From positions 1 through 52,228 of the forward strand of contig JBPCXM010000028.1 in the NCBI GenBank assembly GCA_051008535.1: a stretch of 52,228 bases of DNA, in the 5' to 3' direction. The notes under the pieces are model-generated. The model did no database searches. It was not told the DNA's origin and worked only from the letters and a program-made list of their open reading frames with translations. Numbering within the stretch: position 1 is the first letter of the stretch; each line of letters starts with the position of its first letter. Positions 30,357-40,637 of the stretch are shown here, piece by piece. The DNA is from Pseudomonadales bacterium (GTDB lineage Bacteria > Pseudomonadota > Gammaproteobacteria > Pseudomonadales > JAUIET01). The position numbers were made by a program, and so were the translations under genes.

Positions 30357-31594
30357 ATGCCTGCGGTATTGAGTAAAGAAAAATGGCTAGCCCCGGTACT
30401 GGTGTTGCTAATCGGCGCAGCCTTATCCTGGTTTTTACTAACAGGCAAACCAAAGCCTGAAGCACGTCCAATAGGCGAACCCGTGGCGCAACGGGTCGAA
30501 GTATTGCGCGTCAAACCGGGTAAGCACACCTTGACGGTAACCACCCAGGGCAGCGTTGCACCACGCCGGGAAATTGATCTCGTTGCGCAAGTGGCGGGCA
30601 CCGTGCAAGCCGTTGCCGGTGATTTTGCCGCCGGTGGATTTGCCGATGCCGGCGAAATGCTGGTGCAAATAGATCGGGCCGACTACGAAATCGCGCTGAT
30701 GCGTGCCAAAGCGATGCTTGCCGATGCAGAACAGAATTTGGCCACCGTCAAAGGCCAGGCGCGGCAAGCCAAGCGTGAGTGGCGTGATGTTGGCAATGCC
30801 GAAGCCAACGCCTTGTTTCTCAAGAAGCCACAGGTAGCCAGCGCTCAGGCGCAGTTAGCTGCCGCCAAGGCCGATCTACGCAAAGCGCAGCTCGACTTGC
30901 AACGCACGCAAATCAGTGCGCCGTTCGCCGGCCGTATTCGAGAGAAGCTGGTCGATATCGGCCAATATGTCACACCGGGCTTGCCTGTAGCGCGCGTGTA
31001 CGCGACGATGTGGTTGAAGTAAGGCTGCCGCTAACTGACCGTCAAGTCGCGCTGCTTGATCTGCCTCTGGATTCGCGCACCAAGAACGCCGCGACCAAGG
31101 CGCCGGTGACCCTGACTGGCATATTCGGCGGCAAAACATGGCAATGGCAGGCCTACGTCACCCGCACAGAAGCGAGTATTGATTTGCAAACCCGTGTGAT
31201 CTATGCGGTAGCCGAAGTACCTGAGCCGTATGCCGAACAAGCAGACAGTCAACGGCCGCCGTTGGCAATAGGGCAATTTGTCGAAGCGGAGCTTGGCGGT
31301 AAAAGCCTGGATGATGTGCTCGTTCTGCCGCGCTCTGCGCTACGCCCCGGTGACGTAATCTGGCTTGCAGAAGACGAAAAACTCAACATAGCGTCTGTGC
31401 AAATTCTGCAAACGACTACTCAGCAAGTGGCAGTGCGTGGCGATTTCGATGCAGCGGTGGATGTAATTGTGTCTCCGTTGGCGCTTGCAGTTGCCAGCAT
31501 GCCGGTCGCGCCGACGCCTGCCAACCCCGGTGCGCTAGCGCTAGACCGCAAACCTACCGCGTTCACGCCAGCAGCAAGCGAGTCCGCTTTGTGA
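30357..31594 (+). pseudogene. RND efflux periplasmic adaptor (MFP/HlyD family), split by a 1-nt frameshift near 31007
   Basis: ORF 30258-31022 ends ...GLPVARVYATMWLK*. ORF 31010-31594 starts (V)VEVRLPLTDRQ. Re-reading one base after ACG (31005-31007) gives the family-typical ...VARVYATDVVEVRLPL. N-terminal TM follows the ATG at 30357. The downstream GTGA overlap with the pump gene is intact. Confidence 0.8.
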
Positions 31595-34500
31595 ACAAAA
31601 TAGTCGCCTGGTTTGTGGCTAACCCTATAGCCGCTAATATCCTTATGGTATTGATTATCGTCGGCGGCATCACCACCATACCTACCGTCAACAAAGAGTT
31701 TTTCCCCGAACACGAGCTGGATACAGTCCTTGTCAGCGTCGTCTATCCAGGCGCCGGGCCGGCGGAAATCGAGCAGCAAATTTGCATCCGTGTCGAAGAG
31801 GTGGTCGATACGATTGACGGCATAGACAAAATTCGCTGCACGGCTCGCGAGGGTCTTGGCCAGGTTACGATTGAAGTGAACAGCCAATACGACTCGTTGC
31901 GGGTATTGAATGAAACCAAGTCGCGAGTTGACGCAATCACTACATTCCCTGTGGAGTCTGAACGACCGCAGGTTAGCGAAGTGTTATGGCGTTCGCGGGT
32001 TATTAGTATCGGTTTGGCGGCCAATATTGGCGAAGCCAACCTGAAAGAGCTTGGCTATCAGCTTCGTGATGAAATTTCAGCCTTGCCCGAGGTTCAACTG
32101 GTCGAGCTCGAACAACCGCGCAATTACGAAGTTGGAATCGAAATATCCGAAAAAGACTTACGTCGCTACGCGCTGACTTTTAGCGATGTGGCCAATGCTT
32201 TGCGCGGCTATTCCATCAATTTGCCTGCCGGCAAGCTGCGTACCAGCGACGGCGATGTACAGCTGCAAACGCGCAGCCAGGCATATTCGGGACAGGAATT
32301 TGCCGATATTGTGTTGCTTAAGCAACTGGACGGTACACGTGTCAAACTGGGCGATGTCGCGACCATAAAAGATGGTTTCGAAGAAACCGATGTTGTAAGT
32401 CACCTGAACAATATGCCGTCGTTGCAACTGGATATCTATCTGACCTCCAACCCTGATATCACCGCCACCAGCAACGCGGTACGCGCGTTTGTCGAGCATC
32501 GACAGCCGACCTTGCCACCCGGCGTTACCCTCGTCGTCTGGCGCGATATGAACGAGTCTTTCGAGGGTCGTTTGAAAACGCTGTTTTCCAGTGGTTTGAG
32601 CGGCTTGGCTCTGGTGTTCATCTTACTACTATTGTTTTTGCGGCCACTGCTGGCGTTTTGGGTGTCGGTGGGTATAGCGGTGGCTTTTCTAGGCGCCATT
32701 TGGATGCTGCCTGCCGCCGGTGTTAGTTTTAACATTATTTCTCTGTTCGCGTTTATTCTGATTCTAGGTATTGTCGTTGACGATGCCATCATTGTAGGTG
32801 AATCGGTGTATACCTCGCAGACTAGTGGGTTACCCGCCGCAGCGGGCGCGGTCGCAGGCGCCAGCGCAGTGCTAAAACCTGTAATCTTTGCTGTGCTCAC
32901 GACCATGATTGTATTCGGCGCTTTCTTTTTTATGCCGGAAGACTCACCCGAACCGGTTCATATTGGTACCGTCGTACTGCTGGCGTTGGCGTTTTCCATA
33001 CTTGAATCGCTATTTATACTGCCCAGCCACCTCGCTCATATGGGGCCGGAGCGCCCCAATCGGATTGTCTGGTTGCGCGGTCTTGAGCGGTTGCGCGCCA
33101 GACTGGCAAAGGGTCTGGCTTTGTTAATCACGCAATACTATGTTCCTTTTTTGGATCGCTGCTTGCACCGCAGCGGTCTGACGCTGGTGGTATTCGCGGT
33201 CGCCTTTCTTGTGCCAGCGACGTATTTTCTAGGTGGCTGGATGCAATCCAGCTTTTTCCCGCGGGTGACGACAGATTCTATTTATACTCAAGTGCGCATG
33301 CCCGAGGGCAGTCCATTTAGCCAGCTGAAGGAGGTTGTGAACCATATCGAAGCGCAGGCGCAGCGGCTTAAAACCGAGTTAAACGCTGGGCCCGTGCCCT
33401 TTGCGGGTATCATTCAAGTCCGTGCTGATGGCGACACGGCGCGCGCAGCACTTGAGCTGATCAATCCGGAGCAACGCAGCAGCACTAACGAGGAGTTAAA
33501 GCAACGGTGGCTGAAATATATTGGTGACATACCCGCAGCGGAGGAGTTGGAAGTAATTGCATCGTTCGGGTCGCGCGGCAAACCGATCGAATTGGAACTG
33601 AGCGCGCCGGTGGTTGAGACATTATTGCAAGCCAGCGCTGAGCTCAAACAAGAGTTGGCACGCTACCCTGGCGTGATTAACATTCGCGATAGCCTCGAAA
33701 ATGCTCGTCCTGAAATCGTGCTTAAACTGAAACCGCTGGGCGAATCTTTAAATTTGAGTCTCGCCGACGTGGCGCGCCAGGTGCGGCGCGGTTTTTATGG
33801 AGAAGAAGTACAGCGCATACCTCGCTTGCGAGAAGACGTCAAGGTCATGGTACGCTACCCGCGTGCCGAGCGTGAGTCCATCCATAGCGTGTTACAGATG
33901 CGTATCCGTACACCCGATGGTATGGAAGTGCCATTTGAGACGATCGCCGAAGTAAGTTACTCGCCTAGCTATCGCAAAATCGAACGCGTCGACCGCAAAC
34001 GGCAGGCGCTGGTAACCGCCGATTTGCAACCTGGCGGCGAAGCAAGTGCAATCGTTAGCGAGTTACTGCAAAAAAATGTGCCCGATTTGCAGGCGCGTTA
34101 TCCAGGCTTGCAAGTGAAACTAGAGGGCGAACAACAAGAAGAAGCCGAGTTTAAAAGCACCATGCTCAGTTTGCTGTTCGCAACGGCGATTATTATTTAC
34201 GGCCTGATGGCCGTTGTGTTTCATTCCTACTGGCAACCGTTGTTAATTGTGACCGCCATTCCATTTGGTATTGTCGGTGCTATTCTGGGCCATGTGCTGA
34301 TCGGCCGCGAAGTGAGTATGTTCTCGCTGATGGGCATCATCGCCTGCGCAGGGGTAGTGGTAAACGATAATTTGGTGCTGATAGATCGGGTGAACCGCTT
34401 GCGAGACGACGGCATGACCTTATGGAGTGCATTGCTGCAAGGCTCTGCCGACCGTTTTCGTGCGATTGTGCTAACTTCTCTCACGACATTTGTTGGCTTG

Positions 34501-34704
34501 CTGCCCATACTGACGCAGACCAGTATCCAGGCGCAGTTTTTGATCCCCATGGTCATTTCGTTAGCCTTCGGCGTATTGCTGGCCACGTTTGTGACGCTTC
34601 TGTTTACCCCTGTATTTTATTTGCGATGCGAATCGGGTGTTAATCGTCTGAAAAATGGCGCTGCCGGTTTCAAGGGACGACTACTGCGGTTTGCCAGTGA
34701 TTAG
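31591..34704 (+). CDS. RND efflux transporter permease (AcrB/AcrD/AcrF superfamily)
   Basis: 1037 aa, 12-TM architecture with two large periplasmic loops. GTG start overlaps the adaptor stop. Confidence 0.93.
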   Translation: MNKIVAWFVANPIAANILMVLIIVGGITTIPTVNKEFFPEHELDTVLVSVVYPGAGPAEIEQQICIRVEEVVDTIDGIDKIRCTAREGLGQVTIEVNSQYDSLRVLNETKSRVDAITTFPVESERPQVSEVLWRSRVISIGLAANIGEANLKELGYQLRDEISALPEVQLVELEQPRNYEVGIEISEKDLRRYALTFSDVANALRGYSINLPAGKLRTSDGDVQLQTRSQAYSGQEFADIVLLKQLDGTRVKLGDVATIKDGFEETDVVSHLNNMPSLQLDIYLTSNPDITATSNAVRAFVEHRQPTLPPGVTLVVWRDMNESFEGRLKTLFSSGLSGLALVFILLLLFLRPLLAFWVSVGIAVAFLGAIWMLPAAGVSFNIISLFAFILILGIVVDDAIIVGESVYTSQTSGLPAAAGAVAGASAVLKPVIFAVLTTMIVFGAFFFMPEDSPEPVHIGTVVLLALAFSILESLFILPSHLAHMGPERPNRIVWLRGLERLRARLAKGLALLITQYYVPFLDRCLHRSGLTLVVFAVAFLVPATYFLGGWMQSSFFPRVTTDSIYTQVRMPEGSPFSQLKEVVNHIEAQAQRLKTELNAGPVPFAGIIQVRADGDTARAALELINPEQRSSTNEELKQRWLKYIGDIPAAEELEVIASFGSRGKPIELELSAPVVETLLQASAELKQELARYPGVINIRDSLENARPEIVLKLKPLGESLNLSLADVARQVRRGFYGEEVQRIPRLREDVKVMVRYPRAERESIHSVLQMRIRTPDGMEVPFETIAEVSYSPSYRKIERVDRKRQALVTADLQPGGEASAIVSELLQKNVPDLQARYPGLQVKLEGEQQEEAEFKSTMLSLLFATAIIIYGLMAVVFHSYWQPLLIVTAIPFGIVGAILGHVLIGREVSMFSLMGIIACAGVVVNDNLVLIDRVNRLRDDGMTLWSALLQGSADRFRAIVLTSLTTFVGLLPILTQTSIQAQFLIPMVISLAFGVLLATFVTLLFTPVFYLRCESGVNRLKNGAAGFKGRLLRFASD

Positions 34705-34728
34705 TGTCGTGAACCCTCGGCGCTAGCC

Positions 34729-35487
34729 GTGCTGGAAATCTGGCAAGGCGTTCTTCTGTTATTAGTCGGCTCTGCCGCCGGCTTTATGAACGTGATAGCC
34801 GGGGGCGGCTCACTGCTGACCGTGCCGGTTATGCTGTTCATGGGAGTTCCAGGACCGGTCGCGAATGGCACCAATCGAATCGCCATTCTCGCGCAAAATG
34901 CTACCGCCATAGCCACTTTTTTTCGTGGCGGCTATTCCGACTTTAAATTGAGCTTATCACTGGCTTTGGCCGCCGTTCCCGGCGCTGTCGTTGGCGCGTC
35001 AGTCGGAGCCAATTTGGATGGCGTCTGGTTCGATCGGATTGTCGCGCTGGTGATGATTGTCGTGCTTGTGCTGATGGCCACCGAAAAAAAGACGAACCCG
35101 ATCGCTGAGTCGAACCCGCCAAGCGGTAAACGTTTGCTAGCCGGTCACATTTGTATGCTTGGCGCAGGGTTTTGGGGTGGCTTTATTCAGCTCGGTGTGG
35201 GTTTTGTATTAATGCCCATACTGCACCGTGTGCTGGGTTTTGACCTGGTGCGGGTCAATATGCACAAGGTGTTTATCATTTTTGTCTATACCGTTACTGC
35301 CTTGGCAGTATTTGCGGCCAAAGTAGAGTTGCTGTGGATGATGGGCCTGTGTCTGGCGGTAGGGAATTCCGTCGGAGGTTGGTTCGGTGCTCGCGTTTCC
35401 ATCGATAAGGGCAGTGTATGGATCAAGCTGGTGTTTAACGCGGTACTCGTTTTGTTTATTGTTAAGTTGCTGTTTTTTTCGCAGTGA
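34729..35487 (+). CDS. TauE/SafE family sulfite-exporter-like membrane protein
   Basis: 252 aa, multi-TM, with the TauE-like N-terminus GFMNVIAGGGSLLTVPVMLF. Confidence 0.8.
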   Translation: MLEIWQGVLLLLVGSAAGFMNVIAGGGSLLTVPVMLFMGVPGPVANGTNRIAILAQNATAIATFFRGGYSDFKLSLSLALAAVPGAVVGASVGANLDGVWFDRIVALVMIVVLVLMATEKKTNPIAESNPPSGKRLLAGHICMLGAGFWGGFIQLGVGFVLMPILHRVLGFDLVRVNMHKVFIIFVYTVTALAVFAAKVELLWMMGLCLAVGNSVGGWFGARVSIDKGSVWIKLVFNAVLVLFIVKLLFFSQ

Positions 35488-35530
35488 AGCTGTGACACTA
35501 CTTGTCCGCAAGCAAAACCGGAGCAGCACG

Positions 35531-35692
35531 ATGGAATGGCAATATTGGTTGGTGATCGCAGTTGTTGTTGGGCTGACAATTCACACCATAACAAGTGCTT
35601 GGCGGCGACTACGCGACAGCGAAAAAATGCTGAAAAATGTGGACAAAAGCAAACTGAAAAACCTCGACAGTGACGGTTGGGATGATAATTAG
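35531..35692 (+). CDS. small single-TM protein (53 aa), hypothetical
   Basis: GGAG 7 nt before the ATG at 35531. MEWQYWLVIAVVVGLTIHTI TM segment followed by a charged tail. This is the in-frame sub-ORF of track ORF 35387-35692. Confidence 0.4.
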   Translation: MEWQYWLVIAVVVGLTIHTITSAWRRLRDSEKMLKNVDKSKLKNLDSDGWDDN

Positions 35693-35912
35693 TTGCAGTT
35701 TTGACACAAATTCATGCGTTTCCATTGCAGTCGTGGGAAAGTGTGCTGCGAAATGTAAAATACTCGCCAAACAAGGCATCCTTGTCTGCAAGTAAATGCA
35801 AATTATGTGCTTCTGTGTCACGTTTGGTGAAAAGTTATGTTGTCAGCGGTGCTAGTTGTAATTAAAGTGGCCGTTCTTCATCGAAGTTCGCTCATGGGAG
35901 GGCGTAATCATT

Positions 35913-36341
35913 ATGAAATATTCAGTTAAGAAAAAAGTCACCACAGTGGCGAGCGTGGCCTGTGTCAGTTTGCTCATGGCCGCGTGCGGCAGTGATGCAC
36001 CTGATCAGGCTGCCGTGGAAGACGCTCTGCAGGAAGGTACTGAAGCTGCGGGTGAAGCCATTGGTGGTGCAGCAGCAGACGCTGAAGAACTCGTTGAAAG
36101 CCAAGCGGGGGCTATTGAAGGCGCTATGGACAACGCGGGTGAAGCCGTCAGTGACGCCATGGATGCTGTCGGTGACCGTGTGGAGCAGCCAGCCAGTTTC
36201 GACGGCGCTGCCGACCAGATTGATGGAGCTGCGGGGGCTGCGGGTGACGCTGGCACCGAGCAGAGCCTGGAAAACACTCTAGATGACGCCAAAAAGCGTC
36301 TGGACAGCGCAAAAGAAGAAATTCAAGGCGCGCAAGAGTAA
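35913..36341 (+). CDS. acidic Ala/Asp/Glu/Gly-rich low-complexity lipoprotein, hypothetical
   Basis: Signal peptide with lipobox LMAAC, then degenerate A-x-x-A-G-E-A-type periodicity. Two hairpins downstream. Confidence 0.6.
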   Translation: MKYSVKKKVTTVASVACVSLLMAACGSDAPDQAAVEDALQEGTEAAGEAIGGAAADAEELVESQAGAIEGAMDNAGEAVSDAMDAVGDRVEQPASFDGAADQIDGAAGAAGDAGTEQSLENTLDDAKKRLDSAKEEIQGAQE

Positions 36342-36351
36342 TAATAACGCC

Positions 36352-36378
36352 CGGCCGGTCATGATCCCCGGCCTTTTC
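36352..36378 (+). terminator. candidate intrinsic terminator after the acidic lipoprotein gene
   Basis: GGCCGG / CCGGCC stem with a 9-nt loop, followed by TTTTCATC. Confidence 0.4.
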
Positions 36379-36396
36379 ATCAATTAGAAATTCAAT

Positions 36397-36418
36397 CACC
36401 TCCTTCTGCAAGGAGGTG
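36397..36418. terminator. candidate bidirectional terminator hairpin between convergent genes
   Basis: CACCTCCTT-CTGC-AAGGAGGTG, a 9-bp perfect stem with T-rich flanks on both strands (GTTGTTTCT on plus; ATTGAATTTCT on minus). Confidence 0.5.
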
Positions 36419-36438
36419 GTTGTTTCTACATTATTTAG

Positions 36439-37473
36439 CTACCCACCAATCGGTCGCACCGAGGCCGCATACAGCAAACAATCGCTGATCGCGATGGTTG
36501 GGTTGCTGGTGACCATAAAAAGCTTTAGCGGCCGCAGCGGGTAAAGACCGCCTTCGCGTACGGTAAAATAGTGGCTCAGCACATTGTCTCCCGCCGCGCT
36601 ATTCACTTGTAGGATATCCTCACCTTCTTCGCCTAGCCAGGCCAGCAAGGTATCGGATTCGACAACGCCAAAATTAAATTTCTCAACATCGCTTGGAATA
36701 GTAAGGTGGGCGCCGGCGACTGGCTGCTCGGCAAAAGCGATAATCGTATTCTCAGCCAATTCCAACCGAATAGGGTGCAAATAAACATCCATCGTGTCGT
36801 CGCGTTCGATGAACTGCAGCACATCGGTATCGAACAGGTAGCGTTGCAAACCGTCTTCTGCCAGTTGGTGTGCGGCGGGGTCCTGTGCTCCACCACACTC
36901 GATCGTGACCACCGGCATGTTCGCGTCACTGATTTCCATTAAACTTTTTAGCCTGTGGTCGGTAATGACCATACGGCGGGTAAATAGCGCAACCAGCGCC
37001 CGGTGAGCTGAGTCGTCGTAGGTGACAACGCCAAATGCCGGGCCGCTGCCCGACGTGTTGTGTATGTCGATCAGGCATTCTGGTTTTTGTTGGTCGAGTA
37101 TTTGCAAAAAGTGTTCGGCGATCTTGCCCGGATAATCACCGAATGCTGCTCTGAAACACCGATTGAGATCACGCTGGCCGGGCACCATGCGGTGCTTGAA
37201 CAGTTCTTCGTGCAGTGCCGCCTGCACCGAGCCAATAAAGCAAATAATGTTAACCGCGGGCTGTTCGCCACTCTGCAGCCATTGATGTACCGCGCGTAAA
37301 CCAGATGGTTCGTTACCGTGTAACAACGTTGCTATGGCGCGGGTGCGGGTTGGGTCTTTGCCAGGCTTGCTGATTAAGGTTGGCCCGGTCAGCTGGTGCA
37401 GGAATGCTTCTATAGTATCAGCAACCTCGCTCGGCGCCGGGTTGGGCAAAAAATGGATACGCGGCTTTAGCAC
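36439..37473 (-). CDS. succinylglutamate desuccinylase/aspartoacylase family (M14-like) protein
   Basis: LLHGNEPSG zinc-ligand motif and TIECGG near the C-terminal half; 344 aa. Confidence 0.78.
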   Translation of the reverse strand: MLKPRIHFLPNPAPSEVADTIEAFLHQLTGPTLISKPGKDPTRTRAIATLLHGNEPSGLRAVHQWLQSGEQPAVNIICFIGSVQAALHEELFKHRMVPGQRDLNRCFRAAFGDYPGKIAEHFLQILDQQKPECLIDIHNTSGSGPAFGVVTYDDSAHRALVALFTRRMVITDHRLKSLMEISDANMPVVTIECGGAQDPAAHQLAEDGLQRYLFDTDVLQFIERDDTMDVYLHPIRLELAENTIIAFAEQPVAGAHLTIPSDVEKFNFGVVESDTLLAWLGEEGEDILQVNSAAGDNVLSHYFTVREGGLYPLRPLKLFMVTSNPTIAISDCLLYAASVRPIGG

Positions 37474-37748
37474 GATCTGGGTAGCTTCTGACAGTTGTTC
37501 TGTAGTATCACTTTAAGCCTTATCATGTAAACGTGGGGTACAGTGAGTGCATTATTTTAACCTATTCCGGATAGAGCCTTACTATTACATCAATGCTGCG
37601 TCGCTTTCGACCAATTGAACCGATGGGCGATGGCCATGCGTATAAAATCGCAACAATTGTCCAGGCCGCGAACAGGTAGAAAACCATCAAGGTAAAAATT
37701 ACCGCCGACGGTTGCTTCCTGTCGAAGCCACGCTAACATGACGCGTCA

Positions 37749-39017
37749 ATGAGCACCATAATAGCGAACTCCGCCAGGTTGATGCAGGAATACAAGAGGG
37801 TGCGCAAGCAGTCAACGGCGTTGTGCGAGTCTTTATGTGTCGAAGACTACGGTTTGCAGGCCATTGCTGAAACAAGTCCGCCTAAGTGGCATCTAGCTCA
37901 CACCACCTGGTTCTTTGAAACCTTCTTGCTAAAGCCATTTGCTACCGACTATGTGCCGGTAAACAACGCCTACGAATATCTTTTTAATTCCTACTATAAC
38001 GGCGTTGGTCAGCAGTATGCGCGTGCTCAGCGTGGCCTACTGTCGCGCCCGACGGTAGACGAGGTTTTTCAATACCGCGCCGTGATAGATGTACAAATGC
38101 TGGACCTGTTGGCTGATGAAGGCCACAAAGATAGCGCTACGATTCTGCAGCGTGCAGAACTTGGGCTCCATCATGAGATGCAGCACCAGGAGCTCCTGCT
38201 CACCGACCTGAAATACAGCTTGGCGCAAAATCCGATGTATCCGGCGTATCACTCAATAGAGTCATACTCGACCCGCCACTTGGATGTAGCGTTAGCCTAT
38301 TCGGATTTTGCCGGCGGGCTTGCGAGCTTGGGTACGAACAACGATGATGAGCTGTTTTGTTTTGACAACGAAACGCCACGCCACAAAGTGTATTTGGCGC
38401 CATACGCGCTGTCTAACCGGCCAGTAACAAATGCCGAATACCTGCAGTTTATGCAGGATGATGGCTACCAGCGCGCGGAATTATGGTTGGCCGACGGCTG
38501 GTCGAAGCGACAGCAAGAGGGTTGGTGCACTCCCTTGTATTGGCAACAGCAAGCCGGTAGCTGGTTGGTGTTTACGCTGCATGGCCTTGTGCCGTTGAAC
38601 CTAACGGAGCCGGTATGCCATGTAAGCTTCTATGAAGCCGACGCCTACGCCCGCTGGGCCGGTGCGCGCTTGCCAACCGAAGCCGAATGGGAACACGCCG
38701 CAGACAGCGAGAAGTTTGCCGGCCATTTTGTTGATATGCATCGTTTGCAGCCGCACGGCGCGAGCGACAAAGGCAACAGTATGCAGCAGTTATTTGGTGA
38801 TGTATGGGAATGGACTGCCAGCAGCTATGGGCCTTATCCCGGCTTTATTGCAGCTGCCGGAACCATCGGTGAATACAACGGCAAGTTTATGTGCAATCAA
38901 ATGGTGTTACGTGGCGGCTCATGCGTCAGCGATCGGCGTCACATTCGAGTCAGCTACCGGAATTTTTTCTACCCGCCCGACCGCTGGCAGTTTTCTGGCA
39001 TTCGCCTCGCTCACTAA
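37749..39017 (+). CDS. egtB: ergothioneine biosynthesis sulfoxide synthase EgtB (DinB_2 plus FGE-sulfatase domains)
   Basis: WHLAHTTWFFETF, HHEMQHQELLLTDLKY, GDVWEWTASSY, VLRGGSC...RVSYRNFF; 422 aa; followed by egtD. Confidence 0.9.
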   Translation: MSTIIANSARLMQEYKRVRKQSTALCESLCVEDYGLQAIAETSPPKWHLAHTTWFFETFLLKPFATDYVPVNNAYEYLFNSYYNGVGQQYARAQRGLLSRPTVDEVFQYRAVIDVQMLDLLADEGHKDSATILQRAELGLHHEMQHQELLLTDLKYSLAQNPMYPAYHSIESYSTRHLDVALAYSDFAGGLASLGTNNDDELFCFDNETPRHKVYLAPYALSNRPVTNAEYLQFMQDDGYQRAELWLADGWSKRQQEGWCTPLYWQQQAGSWLVFTLHGLVPLNLTEPVCHVSFYEADAYARWAGARLPTEAEWEHAADSEKFAGHFVDMHRLQPHGASDKGNSMQQLFGDVWEWTASSYGPYPGFIAAAGTIGEYNGKFMCNQMVLRGGSCVSDRRHIRVSYRNFFYPPDRWQFSGIRLAH

Positions 39018-39037
39018 ACTAATTCTGGTAACAAACT

Positions 39038-40075
39038 ATGGCCCTAGACGAAGCGCTGTGCGAGAGAAAAATTACCCATCACAAGGATCCTATCGTCAGC
39101 CACGACGTGCGTGTCGAACTTTTGATGGGGTTGAAAAAAAAACAAAAGGCAATAGCACCCAAGTATTTTTACGATACCCATGGCAGCGAGCTGTTTGAGC
39201 AAATAACCCAGCAACCAGAGTACTATCCGACACGCACAGAGAAACGATTACTGCAACAACACAGTGTTGATATCGCTGCCACGCTGGGTGCTGACTGCGT
39301 GCTTATCGAGCCAGGCAGTGGTAGCTCGGAGAAAATTGAATTGTTGTTGCCCGCCGTGCGACCAAACGCTTACGTGCCTATTGAAATATCGGAAGCGCCA
39401 CTGCACGCTGCAGCCAAACGGCTATCTTCGAGCTTTCCCTGGCTGCAAATTCACGCCGTTTGCGCCGACTATACCAACGGTGTGAGCCTACCGGAGGAGT
39501 TGCTGGATGAGCGTCGCGTGCTGTTCTACCCTGGTTCGACTATTGGCAACTTCGAGCCCTTGCAAGCCGTACATTTTTTGCAACGTCTACGCAAGTTATG
39601 CAGCCATGATGGCGGTTTGCTGATCGGCGTTGATCTGCAGAAAGATCCTGATATGCTGCACGCCGCCTACAATGACGCCAGCGGCATAACGGCGGCATTC
39701 AATCTGAATGCGCTGCGTCATATTAATCGTGTGGCGGATGCAAATTTTGATACCAGTGCATTCGTTCATCAGGCGTTATACAACAGCGAGGCCGGGCGTA
39801 TCGAAATGTACTTACAAAGTGTACGACAACAACGCGTGATCATCGCCGGCGAGTGTGTAGAGTTTGCCGCCAACGAGCGCATACTGACCGAGTACTCGTA
39901 CAAATATACAATTCCATCGTTTCGTCAAATAGCGGCGGCTGCAGGTTTCAAGACCGGGCAATATTGGACTGACCCGGAGCAACTGTTTAGCTTGCATTAC
40001 TTCACTCTGGCAACAGCTTATCCCGGTCCAGATGTATTACCCCGCAAGCAATGCGAGCGCCTGCCGCACCGGTAG
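39038..40075 (+). CDS. egtD: L-histidine N-alpha-methyltransferase EgtD
   Basis: KYFYDTHGSELFEQITQQPEYYPTRTE, EPGSGSSEK, LLIGVDLQKD. About 25 aa beyond the usual EgtD end overlap sodC on the opposite strand. Confidence 0.9.
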   Translation: MALDEALCERKITHHKDPIVSHDVRVELLMGLKKKQKAIAPKYFYDTHGSELFEQITQQPEYYPTRTEKRLLQQHSVDIAATLGADCVLIEPGSGSSEKIELLLPAVRPNAYVPIEISEAPLHAAAKRLSSSFPWLQIHAVCADYTNGVSLPEELLDERRVLFYPGSTIGNFEPLQAVHFLQRLRKLCSHDGGLLIGVDLQKDPDMLHAAYNDASGITAAFNLNALRHINRVADANFDTSAFVHQALYNSEAGRIEMYLQSVRQQRVIIAGECVEFAANERILTEYSYKYTIPSFRQIAAAAGFKTGQYWTDPEQLFSLHYFTLATAYPGPDVLPRKQCERLPHR

Positions 40076-40637
40076 GTTGTGAATTAAGATCATCGGCATC
40101 AGCGTGCACAATAACCGCTTTGTTGAGTATTGAGTTGTCGCCGGAAAAACTCAATTCGGCGGCTTCTATTTCGGCGCTTGCGTCGCCTTCTTCGTCGGCA
40201 GTGATATTGCCCAAGTCACCCACATGATGCGCCGCCGACCCCGGCGCGCCATGCTCACTAGCGGCCGGATTGAAATGGCCGCCTGCTGACTTGCCGTCGG
40301 GGGCCGAACAATCGCCAATTTCGTGAATATGGAAGCCATGATCGCCTGGGCTCAGTCCTGTCACTTTCAGTGTGACGCGCATGGCCGTTTGATCGGCATT
40401 CGGCTCAAACGTCACCGCGCCCGCAGTCGCGTTGCCCTCGGTGGGATTCAACGTCGCAGTTGCGCTTTCTACCTGGGCGAACTGCGCAACCTCTTCCTCC
40501 TCGATAGCGGCCACAGTTTTTTCGAGCTCTTGCGCCGCGGCGGTATTGGATTGTTCGGTTTTTTCCGCGCAGGCTATCAGCGCTGCCAGACTGACTACTA
40601 ATGTACCGTTGAGCAGACGTTGCGTAATAGAGTGCAT
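40002..40637 (-). CDS. sodC: Cu,Zn superoxide dismutase, lipoprotein-type
   Basis: HGFHIHEIGDC and GGHFNP...GARIACGVI motifs. N-terminal signal with LIAC lipobox. Confidence 0.93.
   Translation of the reverse strand: MHSITQRLLNGTLVVSLAALIACAEKTEQSNTAAAQELEKTVAAIEEEEVAQFAQVESATATLNPTEGNATAGAVTFEPNADQTAMRVTLKVTGLSPGDHGFHIHEIGDCSAPDGKSAGGHFNPAASEHGAPGSAAHHVGDLGNITADEEGDASAEIEAAELSFSGDNSILNKAVIVHADADDLNSQPTGAAGARIACGVIHLDRDKLLPE

Noticed and set aside
36394-36406. ATCACCTCCTT identical to the 3-prime end of 16S rRNA (anti-SD)
   Set aside because: It is one arm of a 9-bp hairpin whose other arm is AAGGAGGTG, located between convergent genes. There is no surrounding rRNA-like sequence. It is interpreted as a bidirectional terminator hairpin.
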